NCBI GenBank assembly: GCA_024704765.1
Contig: JAKMXF010000321.1
Location: 558,001 to 622,000, forward strand
Direction: 5' to 3'
DNA length: 64,000 nucleotides
DNA from: Oopsacas minuta
Lineage: Eukaryota > Animalia > Porifera
Both the position numbers and the translations under genes were made by a program. The first letter of the stretch is position 1, and every line of letters starts with the position of its first letter. The notes under the pieces are model-generated. The model was given only the letters and a program-made list of their open reading frames with translations, ran no database searches and was not told the origin of the DNA. Positions 26,046 through 41,314 of this stretch are shown one piece after another.

Positions 26046-26222
26046 CAGTCACCTCCCGTTATATTTCAATGGATATATCGAATACCTGCTTATATTGAAG
26101 GCTGAAATTATACAACTATGGTCCTAAACCGTCCAAGTAACGTGAAATTCAACGGTTCTTTCGCTTATTTCGAAATAATTATCGCGGTCCCTTAAGCTTA
26201 AATGTTTAACGGGAGTTCACTG
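26046..26222. mobile_element. Tigger/pogo-like MITE
   Basis: TA|CAGTCACCTCCCGTTA ... TAACGGGAGTTCACTG|TA. Confidence 0.85.
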
Positions 26223-26350
26223 TAGTTATTTCTGGCTTCGAATATGTAGCCAATATCGCGAGCAGAGTGGCAGTTACAATCCCGGGAAATCCTTGTGGGT
26301 ATTACTCTTTGTAGATAGCTTGTCCGCTCATCGGAGTGTTCGTATTCTTG

Positions 26351-26445
26351 TGCACTTTATTTGAGAGATTACGAACAGGAGAAACTTCTGGGGAGCAGAG
26401 TTGAATGACTCTGGGTCTGAGTATGATGGATATTAGCTAAGTTTA
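26351..26445 (+). pseudogene. Degraded copy of part of KRI1 exon 1
   Basis: gcactttatttgagagattacgaac...gggagcagagttgaatgactctgggtctgagtatga closely matches KRI1 27540-27620 with substitutions and a small deletion. Confidence 0.8.
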
Positions 26446-27203
26446 CCTAATATTACCTTCTAATTTGACTCATCTGCAGAATTATGAAAGTATATATATT
26501 TCATTAGATAGCTCTTCTTATGTAATATTATTATCACACATAGAGTGGATTATGAAATTACTGAGTATAAGTTGAGTAATAATCAGGGGCGGATCTAGAA
26601 AATCCGTGGGAGGTATGCCGCCTATACAACCGTCAAAATATTCAATTATTGGATTTTGCTCTTTTACTTGATCATTATCAGTTTATTCCGTTTTTTAACA
26701 AATTGTAATTATATTATAACAACCAGTATTTCTCAATATGTAGTGTTTTAACCAAACATCAACAAATATTTCATAGTGATGTATGTATTTTATGCGATTT
26801 TTATGTCAGGCTTAATCTCCATGACCAATTTAACCAATCTTGACAAGCAACACGAATGCCTGTTAATTCGAACATTCGCTATCTCGAACATACCGGATGT
26901 TAACTGTATATTACCGAAATCCTCCCATATGATAAGCAACTTTGAATAAAATTACCTTTCAGTATTTATGATTCGAATAACTTTGAAATTAATTTGGACT
27001 ATTGTATGTACAGTACAGTAGGTTTCTGTAAACACCACCCTGATTATTACCAGTGGCGGATCTATGGGGGTATGGGGGTATGCATACCCCCCACCTGCTT
27101 TGTTAAATTATTTATTTCGTCTACTCAGTAGAGGTACGCTGGCATGCACAAGGTATAAATGTTTATTTTCAATCTAGCATTAACTTTATTACGTCACGAT
27201 TCT

Positions 27204-31222
<4,019 letters not shown>

Positions 31223-31429
31223 TTTATTTAATGTTATCAGCTTTTATATGTATTTCTCTTAAAATAATATTTCATAGAAACTGTGCCATTTAGCATGGGT
31301 TTAGTTATACACATTTAAATCATGGAAGAGTCAAATATAATTCCGGAATTATTTAACACTAATTATTAAGTTTGATTGAAAATTTTTATCAGAAAATATC
31401 GTTTTCGGCCTACAAATTGCTGTACAAGT

Positions 31430-32450
31430 TTACTTCAATATTCTACCAACACAGAATACTTATTACAGTGTAGTAATAAGATTATTGAACAATATGTTGT
31501 TTTGTCTCATTACTTGACTTGTTGTATTCACATCTTTGACTACCGATAGTGACATATCAAAATATCACGATGGGGAGGGAGGCACGCACCCCCAACCATC
31601 TAAATATGTCATATTATTAGCTCATTTGTCCTGTGTATTCAACTGTACTTCGTTTATGAAGGGTAATCAGTCTGTTGAATCATAACTGTATTTTTTAACT
31701 TGCGATTTGACTTTGAAAATTTACGTAGAATTAGTTATTGTTTTGTTTCTGATATGATTACACAATTTCTAACAAGCAGGTTGACAATCTGTAAAATGAA
31801 CTTTAGCTTGGCTGTTTCTTAATTTTCTGCTTTATCGGTGTATCTTGTGTTTCATTTTTGCAATGAAATACAAGTTTGTATGTCTATCATATTGTATAAT
31901 ATACTGAGTACTTAATTATATTTGTTTATGTTATCCGTAATTCGAAGGTCAATTGAATAATTAATTATTATACTGATGTATGAGAGGTGGCAATATGACA
32001 TTATGCGTATATTGCTTGGGTAATAAGTCAATCCTGATTTTGCATATTAATATTTATAAATATGTTTTTTTGCTTGAATATGTTATCATCTAATGCATCT
32101 GATTTGTTTACCATTTGATTGAGTCTTTTTGAATTATCAATACTTCCATACAATTATATTAATTGTTCCATAGCTTTATGTGTAATTAGCACCCAGGTTA
32201 CTGGCGAAAACAGGACATAATACTAATTTTTAATACATGCTATCAAGATGTAATTATTGCATTAGTAAAGAGGGGTATTTCTATATAGAATTACCTCACT
32301 CCCTACTGCTACATACCGCGTCTTATTCTCTATTGTAGTTGTGAGCTCTATTGCTCATTTCTCTGTATAGATGATATATTTCATACAAAGCCATGGCCAG
32401 ACACATTTGCTAGGCATTCAGTTATAATTAAACAATTATAGTTTCGCGCT
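31430..32450 (+). pseudogene. Possible decayed multi-TM (7TM-like) gene
   Basis: One frame reads SIILYNILST*LYLFMLSVIRRSIE*LIIILMYERWQYDIMRILLG** with flanking hydrophobic stretches, loosely resembling RILYNIQIIYEFILFLRAS...VLYKRFFD of the gene at 48045-49241. Many stops. Confidence 0.33.
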
Positions 32451-33077
32451 TCGCTATAAACATTATCTTATGAGTAATTTATGTGTAAAGTAATTATGTC
32501 TAGCCGCTGATTTCTAAGTTTCCTGATTAACATTTATGTATTTTGTCTGTCTATGTGTTGGGTTTGAATAATGGAAATCGACTGGCATTATTATAAATTT
32601 ATTACATACCTATATGACGTATACGAAATGAAGGACATCAACATGATCACAAGGTATTTGTGGAGTGCGGTATATATTACCTACATTGATGTTTATTGTT
32701 AATTACATCTTGCGATTAATCGAACCGACACCCTCGAGTTTACCCCATTTTGTTATGCAAATTTTGGAATTTCTGAATATCCGAAAAGTTTATAAATGTC
32801 GAAAAATAGTGAGAATTGCGTAAGGTTTAGTGTTCCAATCCATTACACTCCTTACGCAAGCTAGAGAATACATCATCTAGATAGAGATTATGTATTCTCT
32901 AAAATATTAATTTAGAAACGTTTCTCAGATCGAAGGTAATACATCAACTCACTCTGCTTTCTGATTGGTGGATTAACCCATAGTGACGCATTATGCTCTT
33001 ACATTCAACTCTTATAAATACAAATTTTGTTGTTAAATATTAATTATTAGCTTTTAATTACCAACCAGAATACAGAT

Positions 33078-34024
33078 ATGTCCAGAGCACCTAATGCATT
33101 ACCTATACACAAGATAGTAGTTATAGGAAGTGGGGGAGTTGGGAAATCAGCATTAACTCTACGCTATATGTATGACGAGGTGAGTTTAGTTATGATATGA
33201 TCTATTGACTCTATAATTATCATAATACATGTACAGCGGAAGCTCGTTAATACGTACGCTAACAATAGTCAAAATTTGTTCGCTATACCTGGAGTTGGTA
33301 TTAACTAGAGTCCATTATATTATCCTTCCTCAAATTGTTATCAATCTAAATATGTTAATATCTTAATACAGATCTCTATAACCACCTGTCCTAGTGAGTG
33401 TGATAATTTGACAAATTGTTAGTGATAAATAATTGTGTATTGGAAATAATTATCGTGCATACGTATTTGCGATAAGTTCAATTTTGACCGCTAACCTCAC
33501 AGTTTCACGATGAATATGTCCCAACAAAAATCGGTCAGTTCAGTAAAGAGGCCCAACTCTCTTCAGAAGAAGCTTGTATGATAGAAATAATAGATACAGC
33601 AGGAGAGGAGGAACTTAAAATTAGAAAACAGCAGAACTACGCAATCAGTGAGGGAATTATATTCGTATACGCTATTAATGATATAGACTCATACCATAGA
33701 GTTAAAGAGTTATATGAGGATGTTATGGTAGCTAAAACTGAGATAGGACAGAGAGAAAATTTTGACATTCTTCTGGTCGGGAATAAATCAGATATGGGGA
33801 CAAATAGACAAGTTCTGAGGGTTGAGGGAGAGCATCTGGCCTCTAAATGGGGGTGTGAATATATTGAAACTTCTGCGAAATTGGATGAGTTTGTCTCGAA
33901 CTCATTTCAATTAATTTTATCCAAAGTACATGATAGAAAGTTTAAAGTACCCGAACAGAAAGCGAAGAAGAAGAAGAAGAAGAACAGAAACAAGAAGTTC
34001 AAACTAAATTGCTTTATTGTATAA
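33078..34024 (+). CDS. Ral-like GTPase isoform A (divergent, polybasic tail), 207 aa; join(33078..33179,33503..34024)
   Basis: Exon 1 [34 protein letters not shown]|GTGAGT joins in phase 0 to CTCACAG|[12 protein letters not shown]...DTAGEEE...NKSD...ETSAK...[19 protein letters not shown]. Confidence 0.85.
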
Positions 34025-34700
34025 ACTCAAATTATTATAATTAAACAGCTCTTTTGTAATTATAATTACTGAAATATATTGAGTAAGATATACACTGTGT
34101 AATGTATTTTTAATGTAATTGGCTTATCCATGGTTTGTCTACAGTTTATGGACAACTATGAGCCGACTAAAGCAGATAACTATAGAAAGACTGTAAAGGC
34201 AGAAGATGGAACCGAATGTCAGTTAGATATTCTAGATACAGCAGGTAGAGTGTAGCCTAAGTTACTTGTTTATAGTGAAGTAATGTATTTATCACGAGTG
34301 ATTTGTAGGTCAAGAAGACTACCCTGTAGTGAGAGAGGCTTACTACAAGGATGGAGAAGGATTCATGCTTATGTTCGCTATAAATGATATGGATTCTTTC
34401 ACAGCTTTGGATGATTTTCATGAACAGATAACTTCAGTTAAGGGATTAAGCAAACCGCTACCCTTTCTGCTAGTAGGAAACAAAGTAGACCTAGATGATT
34501 CAAGAGCTGTATCTTCCATTGATGCCCAGGCTTGTGCCTCAAAATGGAACTGCCCATTTATCGAGACATCCGCTAAAACTCGTATAAACGTAGACGAGGC
34601 ATTCATAAGCCTATTCAACCAAATCCATTCAGCCAAGCAACCAACTGAGTTCGAAGCGCCAGCCCCAGAGCCTAAAAGAAAATGTTGTACTATTCTGTAG
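33078..34700 (+). CDS. RAL: Ral GTPase isoform B (canonical), 197 aa; join(33078..33179,34145..34244,34309..34700)
   Basis: The same exon 1 joins in phase 0 to CTACAG|[15 protein letters not shown]...DILDTAGQEDY...NKVD...ETSAK...[14 protein letters not shown] is the Ral effector loop. No other P-loop exon lies between 34024 and 34145. Confidence 0.88.
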
Positions 34701-35213
34701 ATGAATACTCCACAAATCTACATAACATCTATTTTACTGTATTAGTGCAATAGTATGGACGTGTGTTTATGTATTTAGTCTGTCAATGTATTTCTAATTA
34801 CTCTCTAATTTACTATTCATTACTGACCGTTCGGTGTAATATATTATTTGTAAATGGATAATGCTTTATTGGGAAATATGATATTTCGTTTCATGGCATT
34901 CCTACTAATCCATGGTAAATCTTCATGAGCAAGGAATGCTCTCGATATATCAGGTTAGAAAAATATAGAAAATTCCAAGATTTATCGAAAATATCACCAA
35001 TATGGAGATATTTTCAGATAGATTTTTTTCGATATTTTTCGGGTTTCTAAGTCTGGTTATTCTAATTTATCTGTAACTATTTACTACCGGCCATCGCAAT
35101 AGCCGCGACGAATTATATTATTAAAGAATACTGATTGCTGTGGTAAAACCTTTTGCAGCAACCTATGCCCAATTCTAAAGATTTGAAATCATAATTATTT
35201 ATTATTACTAGCA

Positions 35214-36157
35214 ATGAACAAGAAGATCAATATTTTCCTATTACTAATCTCATTCATGGTTAATTGTGTACTCTCCAAGAGCTATACATTCACAGTTAAA
35301 ATATCAGCTAGAGACAGTTTGTGTTTATACCAGCCTATGACAGAAGGCAATTATATGGAAGTGGATTTTCAAGTGATAGAGGGAGGTGCGTTAGATATTG
35401 ATTGCCACATTAAAAGTTCTAATTTGAGAAGTTTTAAGAGTTTCAATAGACTATCTGAAGGTTACCATACATTTGTAGCTGATAAAACAGGCGATTATGC
35501 TGTATGTCTGGATAATACACATTCCACACTGGTTGCTAAGTTGGTTTATCTTATTCTGGAGACGAATGCAGAAGATGAATTAGAGGTTCGATTTCTGTTA
35601 ATTATGGGCAAATTATGTTGTATTTTGTTTTCTTTCATACTTGACAACTCTCCGAGATTAAATGTGATTGTCTTATAGAAGTGAAATTTTTTCAAAATCA
35701 TGGGATTTTTCACACATTTTTGCTATATTTCTGGATATTTTGGTGGAACAGGGGAATAACGTGAATCCCGGGAAATTTGTAAAAGGGGGGTTGGTAATTA
35801 TGCACTTTGAATATAAAATTACAGAATTATGGCGTTAATCTTTACGAATTGTTGATGAATTATGTTTTTTAGGATTTAAATCTCTCAGAAGAAACAATCT
35901 CAAACTACGAATTAGACGGACAAGTTGAAAACATAGAGACAAAACTAAGGAACATCGGTCATGCCCTGAACTTGATAATTACACAACAGAGACATTTTAG
36001 AGGGAGAGAAGCTAGACATAGAAAAACCGCAGAATCAAATTATACACGTGTAAACTATTTCTCGATAGCTCAGATAATAGTTTTAATAATAATAGCAGGG
36101 GTACAGGTAGGAATGGTTAGAGTATTCTTCAGAGAAAGGAAAGGACAAAGAATTTGA
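35214..36157 (+). CDS. p24/TMED family cargo receptor (gamma-like), 218 aa; join(35214..35585,35873..36157)
   Basis: Signal peptide, GOLD domain (LCLY...VDFQVIEGGALDID...GDYAVCLDN), coiled coil ending REARHRKTAESNYTRVNYFS, TM helix and short FF-containing tail. Confidence 0.92.
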
Positions 36158-36977
36158 ATTAGCTATTCTACATATTCGCTGTATTATACTAATTCTATTG
36201 ATGTATTAGCTATAAATTGTATCCTAGCTAATAGAATTATAATATAACGGTTTGTTGAAACTATTTTCCTCGTGCCATGTAAAATACATTACTTGTTTCT
36301 CATTTGGAATTTCTTCGAGAATTGGGGCGGCGGCGGGTGGTTTTTATTTTTTATAAGCCAGCTAAAATGGAAAATATTTTGAACCTTTGATTATCTGATC
36401 ACTTTCTCTCTGGGTATCAAAGTATTGAATTTTCAAATATAAAAGTAGTCTAATGTGGATTACACAATCTGAACAAAGAATTATCCATAAATTTGGAAAA
36501 AAAGAAATAAAATCATTCCGGACGAGGGACAAAATTAGGGATGGGTGAGGATGAGAAACAAGTCTATTACTTTATATGGCCTTAATATGGACGAGACTGT
36601 GTACTTTGATGTAGAATTTGATCATAAAAGTAGAACTGTGAAAGAAAAGGAACAATATCGATTCGACATTTTCTGATAAAATTCGAAAAATAAACTCCGA
36701 AATAACTTGAGGGACATTGAGGCAACAAGTAGGGGCTAGAATATTCTATGTGATCAAATTTCTACTTTTCTGATCAATTTCTATATCATTTCTGAGGAAA
36801 ATATCCGGTCGCATATGGACGTTTTTCACTATTGTTTATCGAATCTACTCATTCCATCATTCACAGCAACAATGGTTAAATATTTTTAGTTGAGTTTTTT
36901 GGCCAACAATCTTTACAAGGAGAGTTTCAGCTCTGCAGATTCAAAATCACCGATGCCTAAATCATATTTACATGTAA

Positions 36978-37234
36978 GGCCACTGTTAGTTGGAAACATG
37001 TTTCAGATCCACCGCCCGCATCTGATTTGGCTACCGCACTAATATTGTCATTATTTCACCATATACTCAATGTTTTTCAACTACAAGGTGTATAAACTGG
37101 CTAGAGCACAATAGAAGTATCTTTTTCATAATCTAGCCTATTCTCATATCAAACACAAAATGATGAGATAATGATAATGAACCGCCCGTCCGCATGCATG
37201 ATCAGGTGGATCTAATGCGGAGCTAACAGTCCCC
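36978..37234. mobile_element. Tourist-like MITE T1
   Basis: TAA|GGCCACTGTTAG ... AACAGTCCCC|TAA; interior closely matches the copy at 54290. Confidence 0.85.
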
Positions 37235-37564
37235 TAATATAAATACATTTGATAATTTCTCCTACACTTTCTATTGCAAAAATTCTTGCATTACTTTCTA
37301 ATAATATATATAACAATTCTCAATTTTATGTCTATATTTAGCAACTATAAGTTAATATTACTCTCTACCGCCTGGCGTATCTGTTAGAACAATAGATTTG
37401 AAGCCAAAAGAAGCACTATTTTAATAGCTTCTTCCTCTCAACTGTAATCAACCTTATCTTACAATAGGCTAATATTTAGAGTTATTCAATCTTTATATAA
37501 ATTCTCAAACTGTATTTCTATCTTACAATTTTGCCTTCGGCTAATTCAACACACCCACACCCAC

Positions 37565-37633
37565 ACACATAGGGTTAGGGTTAGGGTTAGGGGGTGTGTG
37601 TTCTACCCTAATTCTAACCCCAACCCTATGTGT
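37565..37633. repeat. Interstitial (TTAGGG)3-4 paired with a degenerate inverted arm
   Basis: ACACATAGGGTTAGGGTTAGGGTTAGGG ... CCCTAATTCTAACCCCCAACCCTATGTGT. Confidence 0.85.
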
Positions 37634-38627
37634 ATTTACTAACTTTAGGTTTATCAGTAAATTAAATGATTACCAGTCAACTCGTATCATGCATCAACTC
37701 GTCCCTGTTCAACTCAACATCAAGTGGGCATAAAATATGGACGAGTTGACTGATCCCCAAGTTAAATACATTTCTACCAGGGGCGTTGTCAGGGTAGCGC
37801 CACCAAATATTTACTACCTTTCAGGTTCATTATTGGACATTCGATGTACCAAAAATTACATTAATAGAAACATCGATAGTACAAAGGTGTGACCTCAGGA
37901 GAACCATAGCACCACCTCGCTTCTAGTGCTAGCTACAACCCTGATTTCTTCCAAATTTGTAAACTTCTTCACAACATTGAAAATATCCTATTTTTCTAAA
38001 TATAGAAAATCATGTATAAATGCGTATACATTATTTCAATGAAAGTTATACGAGAGTGATTTACTCAGTATCATGATGATTGTATCCATCCATTTGGTAA
38101 ATTTCTGATTAGTAAAACTGTTTTGATTTCTCTAGCAGATTTGTAAACAAATTTCTAACTAGTATGATATGACAATTGTCAGTCAACTCAACATCGAGGG
38201 GACGTATCTACAAGTACGAGCTGACCAAAATTATAGACGAGTTGGCTGCCGCCGATATAACAATTAATATTATTCCCCATCAATCAACGTAGGTTAATCT
38301 ATAGTTCCCACAAAATCATCACTTCGGGCTACTAAGTTCTTAATTATAATATCCATGGAAGATATGACGTAATACATAAATTTCTTGCAATCATCCAATC
38401 TTAACGTTTCTATAGGTACCCAACGGGATGTTTATTCTTATCATGATTAAGAATATCTTCAATACATAATTACCTTGTGATGTCTACCCCCTCTTATAAT
38501 TAACGTATTTAGTGGCTAAAGTTGTTTTTCATCAATAATTAATCAATGATATAGCATGATGTGTGTTTTGTATGCTGTCAATACAATACATATCGTATGT
38601 CTATAAATAATAAACAAATTTGCAATA

Positions 38628-39152
38628 ATGTTAAAAAATCTAAATTACAATATGTCTTCAAGTAACTATGCAAACTTTACTTTCGAGAGGGAAGAGATTC
38701 TCCAGGTTAAATACATATTCAATACATTTACAGGATCCAATACTACTTACATTTGCATCGAAGATGTACCAATTATTTTCAAGAAGCTTGGACTACACAG
38801 ATCGAAGTTCCAGATTTCTAAACTGCTTGATCCTTTTAAGGAATTGCAAGGGTTAGATTTTCCAAATTTCCTTCTACTCTTATCTGCGGATATTTCTGAG
38901 CAAGAAAACCCTAGGAAATATGTACAATTGATGTCACAATTCAGTGAGGAAGCTTCACTGACATTCAACCAGATGGACAAGGACCATAATGGAAAACTAA
39001 GTCCAGAGGAGTTGAAAGAGGGAATGGAAGAAATATTTGGAGAAGATGCACGGAAAATTGATATTGATGCTATGTTTACTGCTGCAGATTCTAATCACGA
39101 TGGACAAATAGATTTTACCGAATTCAAGTCTGCTCTGAAGTCGGTTTACTAA
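38628..39152 (+). CDS. Calmodulin-like EF-hand protein
   Basis: Two canonical C-terminal EF loops (DKDHNGKLSPEE, DSNHDGQIDFTE) and a degenerate N-terminal pair. Single exon; start may be the Met at 38652. Confidence 0.85.
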   Translation: MLKNLNYNMSSSNYANFTFEREEILQVKYIFNTFTGSNTTYICIEDVPIIFKKLGLHRSKFQISKLLDPFKELQGLDFPNFLLLLSADISEQENPRKYVQLMSQFSEEASLTFNQMDKDHNGKLSPEELKEGMEEIFGEDARKIDIDAMFTAADSNHDGQIDFTEFKSALKSVY

Positions 39153-39325
39153 TAATATGTCTAATTGTTGTTTGTTATTTGTGTATGCATTATGTGTATT
39201 TTATGAAATAATATTCAAAATAATAAACTATCAAATATACGTTAATATACGTAGTAATTATTCCTAATTATAGGAAAAAGTTACTTAATCATTATTAATT
39301 AAAAAATACATTGAGAGTATAGAAA

Positions 39326-40921
39326 ATGGCTACGAGAATATCTCCAGAAGAAAGTGATAGAGAAGAATTCCTGTTTGGACTAGAGACAGCTCGCAGTGCT
39401 CTGAGAGAGAGAGTATCAGAACTGAGAGCTAATATCCACAAGATTGAAAAAGAACTGAGTGAAGAACTGAACAAACTGGAGAAGGAATTCACAGACAAAC
39501 AGAGCGAATACAAAAATAAAATGTCCTCTCTCACTGCAATAAGAATTAACATAGAGGATCAGTTCAAGAGTGGAGAGTTTGAGGATCTCAAGAAATCTAT
39601 CTTATCTGATACAGACAAGAAAATAGAAGCTCTAGACAGAGAGTATCCTCCTCACAGTGTGGAACTTGTATGGAAGGAAGGAGTAGCTGGTCAGTTGAAG
39701 GAGATAGGTAATGTAGTAGTGAGTGAAGGTAGAAGAGAAGTAAAGCATAAAAAAATTAAATTAGATAATTATATAACAGAGAGTAGTCGAGTAAATGTGG
39801 AAAGGCCAGTGAAACGAACAATTGATAAAATGGCAGTAAAACAACCAGTTGCTATTCCTCCAGTTGCTATTCCTCCAGTTATTATTCCTCCAGTTATTAT
39901 TCCTCCAGTTATTCATGCTAGAATAACAGATTACGAATTAAGGCGTAAACCTATAATTACAGTATCTCTATTAGGATGTCAATATCCACAAGGAATAGCT
40001 TATGATTATATAGCCCATGCAGTGTATGTATTGGATAACATATCTTGTAACTTATACTCATATTCCCTTGTTACTGAGAAAGTGAAAGAGGTTCAATTCG
40101 CATCTTTCATGCTAGTTAACAGGAAGGAATTTTTCATACAAGGAGATTACTATAGTAGCATCATAGGCGATGGATGCAAAACTTATATAACACGAGAAAC
40201 CCCTTTAATATCAGCAAATAGCCCTTTCAACCGTAAACCTGAACCAGAATACGTATATTTCTCACCTCAACCATACGGCATTGAGTTTCAAAACAACATA
40301 TTATATATCAGTGCTAAATCTCGCAATATTGTCACTCATGATTTAATAGCTTCCATTTCTTTAAGAGATGAGTCTCAGGATAAGTACATATCTAGTAGTC
40401 GTGTTTTTGGTAAGCATGGTTCACTAGAGGGTGAGATGAACACACCCACTGGGTTAGCATACTCAGATCCTAATCTGTACGTGTGTGACTCTAAGAACGA
40501 TCGTATTAATGTATACTCTAATGGTTGCATAGTCAAAACTATAACACATCCATCCTTGTATCAACCTCTTGACATTAAGATACACAAGAATAGTTTATTC
40601 GTATTGAATAGCAAATACTACTTAATTCTGCAATTTGATTTAAGAGGAGACCTACTTAGTCAATTCTTATCTAGAGAGTCAAATGATTTGATGCCTTCTT
40701 TCTTCTGCATAGACTCCTCAGGTCGCCTTTTGATAACCGACAGTAGAAAACCTTATGTGTACGTATTTATGAAATATAATAGAGGATATACTTTACAAAC
40801 AAGTCTAGAGTTGAAACATGGAGAAGACAGACTAGTTGAGCCTAGAGGGGTGTGTATAGACAAAGAAGGGAGAGTTATAGTTGTATGTAACTATAAGGAA
40901 GCTATGTTACAGATCTTCTAA
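39326..40921 (+). CDS. Coiled-coil plus NHL-repeat beta-propeller protein, 531 aa
   Basis: N-terminal heptad coiled coil; NHL signatures YPQGIAYD, PTGLAYS...YVCDSKNDRI, PLDIKIH, PRGVCID. No RING or B-box seen. Confidence 0.9.
   Translation: MATRISPEESDREEFLFGLETARSALRERVSELRANIHKIEKELSEELNKLEKEFTDKQSEYKNKMSSLTAIRINIEDQFKSGEFEDLKKSILSDTDKKIEALDREYPPHSVELVWKEGVAGQLKEIGNVVVSEGRREVKHKKIKLDNYITESSRVNVERPVKRTIDKMAVKQPVAIPPVAIPPVIIPPVIIPPVIHARITDYELRRKPIITVSLLGCQYPQGIAYDYIAHAVYVLDNISCNLYSYSLVTEKVKEVQFASFMLVNRKEFFIQGDYYSSIIGDGCKTYITRETPLISANSPFNRKPEPEYVYFSPQPYGIEFQNNILYISAKSRNIVTHDLIASISLRDESQDKYISSSRVFGKHGSLEGEMNTPTGLAYSDPNLYVCDSKNDRINVYSNGCIVKTITHPSLYQPLDIKIHKNSLFVLNSKYYLILQFDLRGDLLSQFLSRESNDLMPSFFCIDSSGRLLITDSRKPYVYVFMKYNRGYTLQTSLELKHGEDRLVEPRGVCIDKEGRVIVVCNYKEAMLQIF
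39845..39916 (+). repeat. Coding 15-nt tandem repeat (ccagttRYtattcct x about 4.8)
   Basis: Encodes PVAIP-PVAIP-PVIIP-PVIIP-PVIH in the linker of the NHL protein. Confidence 0.95.
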
Positions 40922-41314
40922 TAAGTATAGTATTAACTACGAATTTATTTTCAGATCACTTCTAACATTTGCATCTGTATCACTTATCCAATGACAATAT
41001 TATGTTATTCAGAAACCATCGTACATTATACAGTAATTACATTATTTTTCGTGGACATTTTAAATACATATAGTTTTACAATTTTTAAAGTACAAATGAT
41101 TTTGGAAACATAATTATCCAAATTTGTTGCATATAGTCAAAGGAGGCGTGTATTTTTCACAAGAATTTCTAGAGGGTGATGATAAATTTTTATGAACCTT
41201 GGAGCCTTTCCCCACCCCCGCCTCTTATTCACAGGGAAATACTGTAATAAATATACGAATAATGTAGTTAATACACTGCTGCATAACTCGCTATAGAATA
41301 CTTAATCATTCTGA

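Noticed and set aside
34130-34244. In-frame ATG (MVCLQFMDN) just before Ral body B as an independent start
   Set aside because: It would lack the P-loop and overlaps a good acceptor (TTGTCTACAG), so splicing to exon 1 is more plausible.
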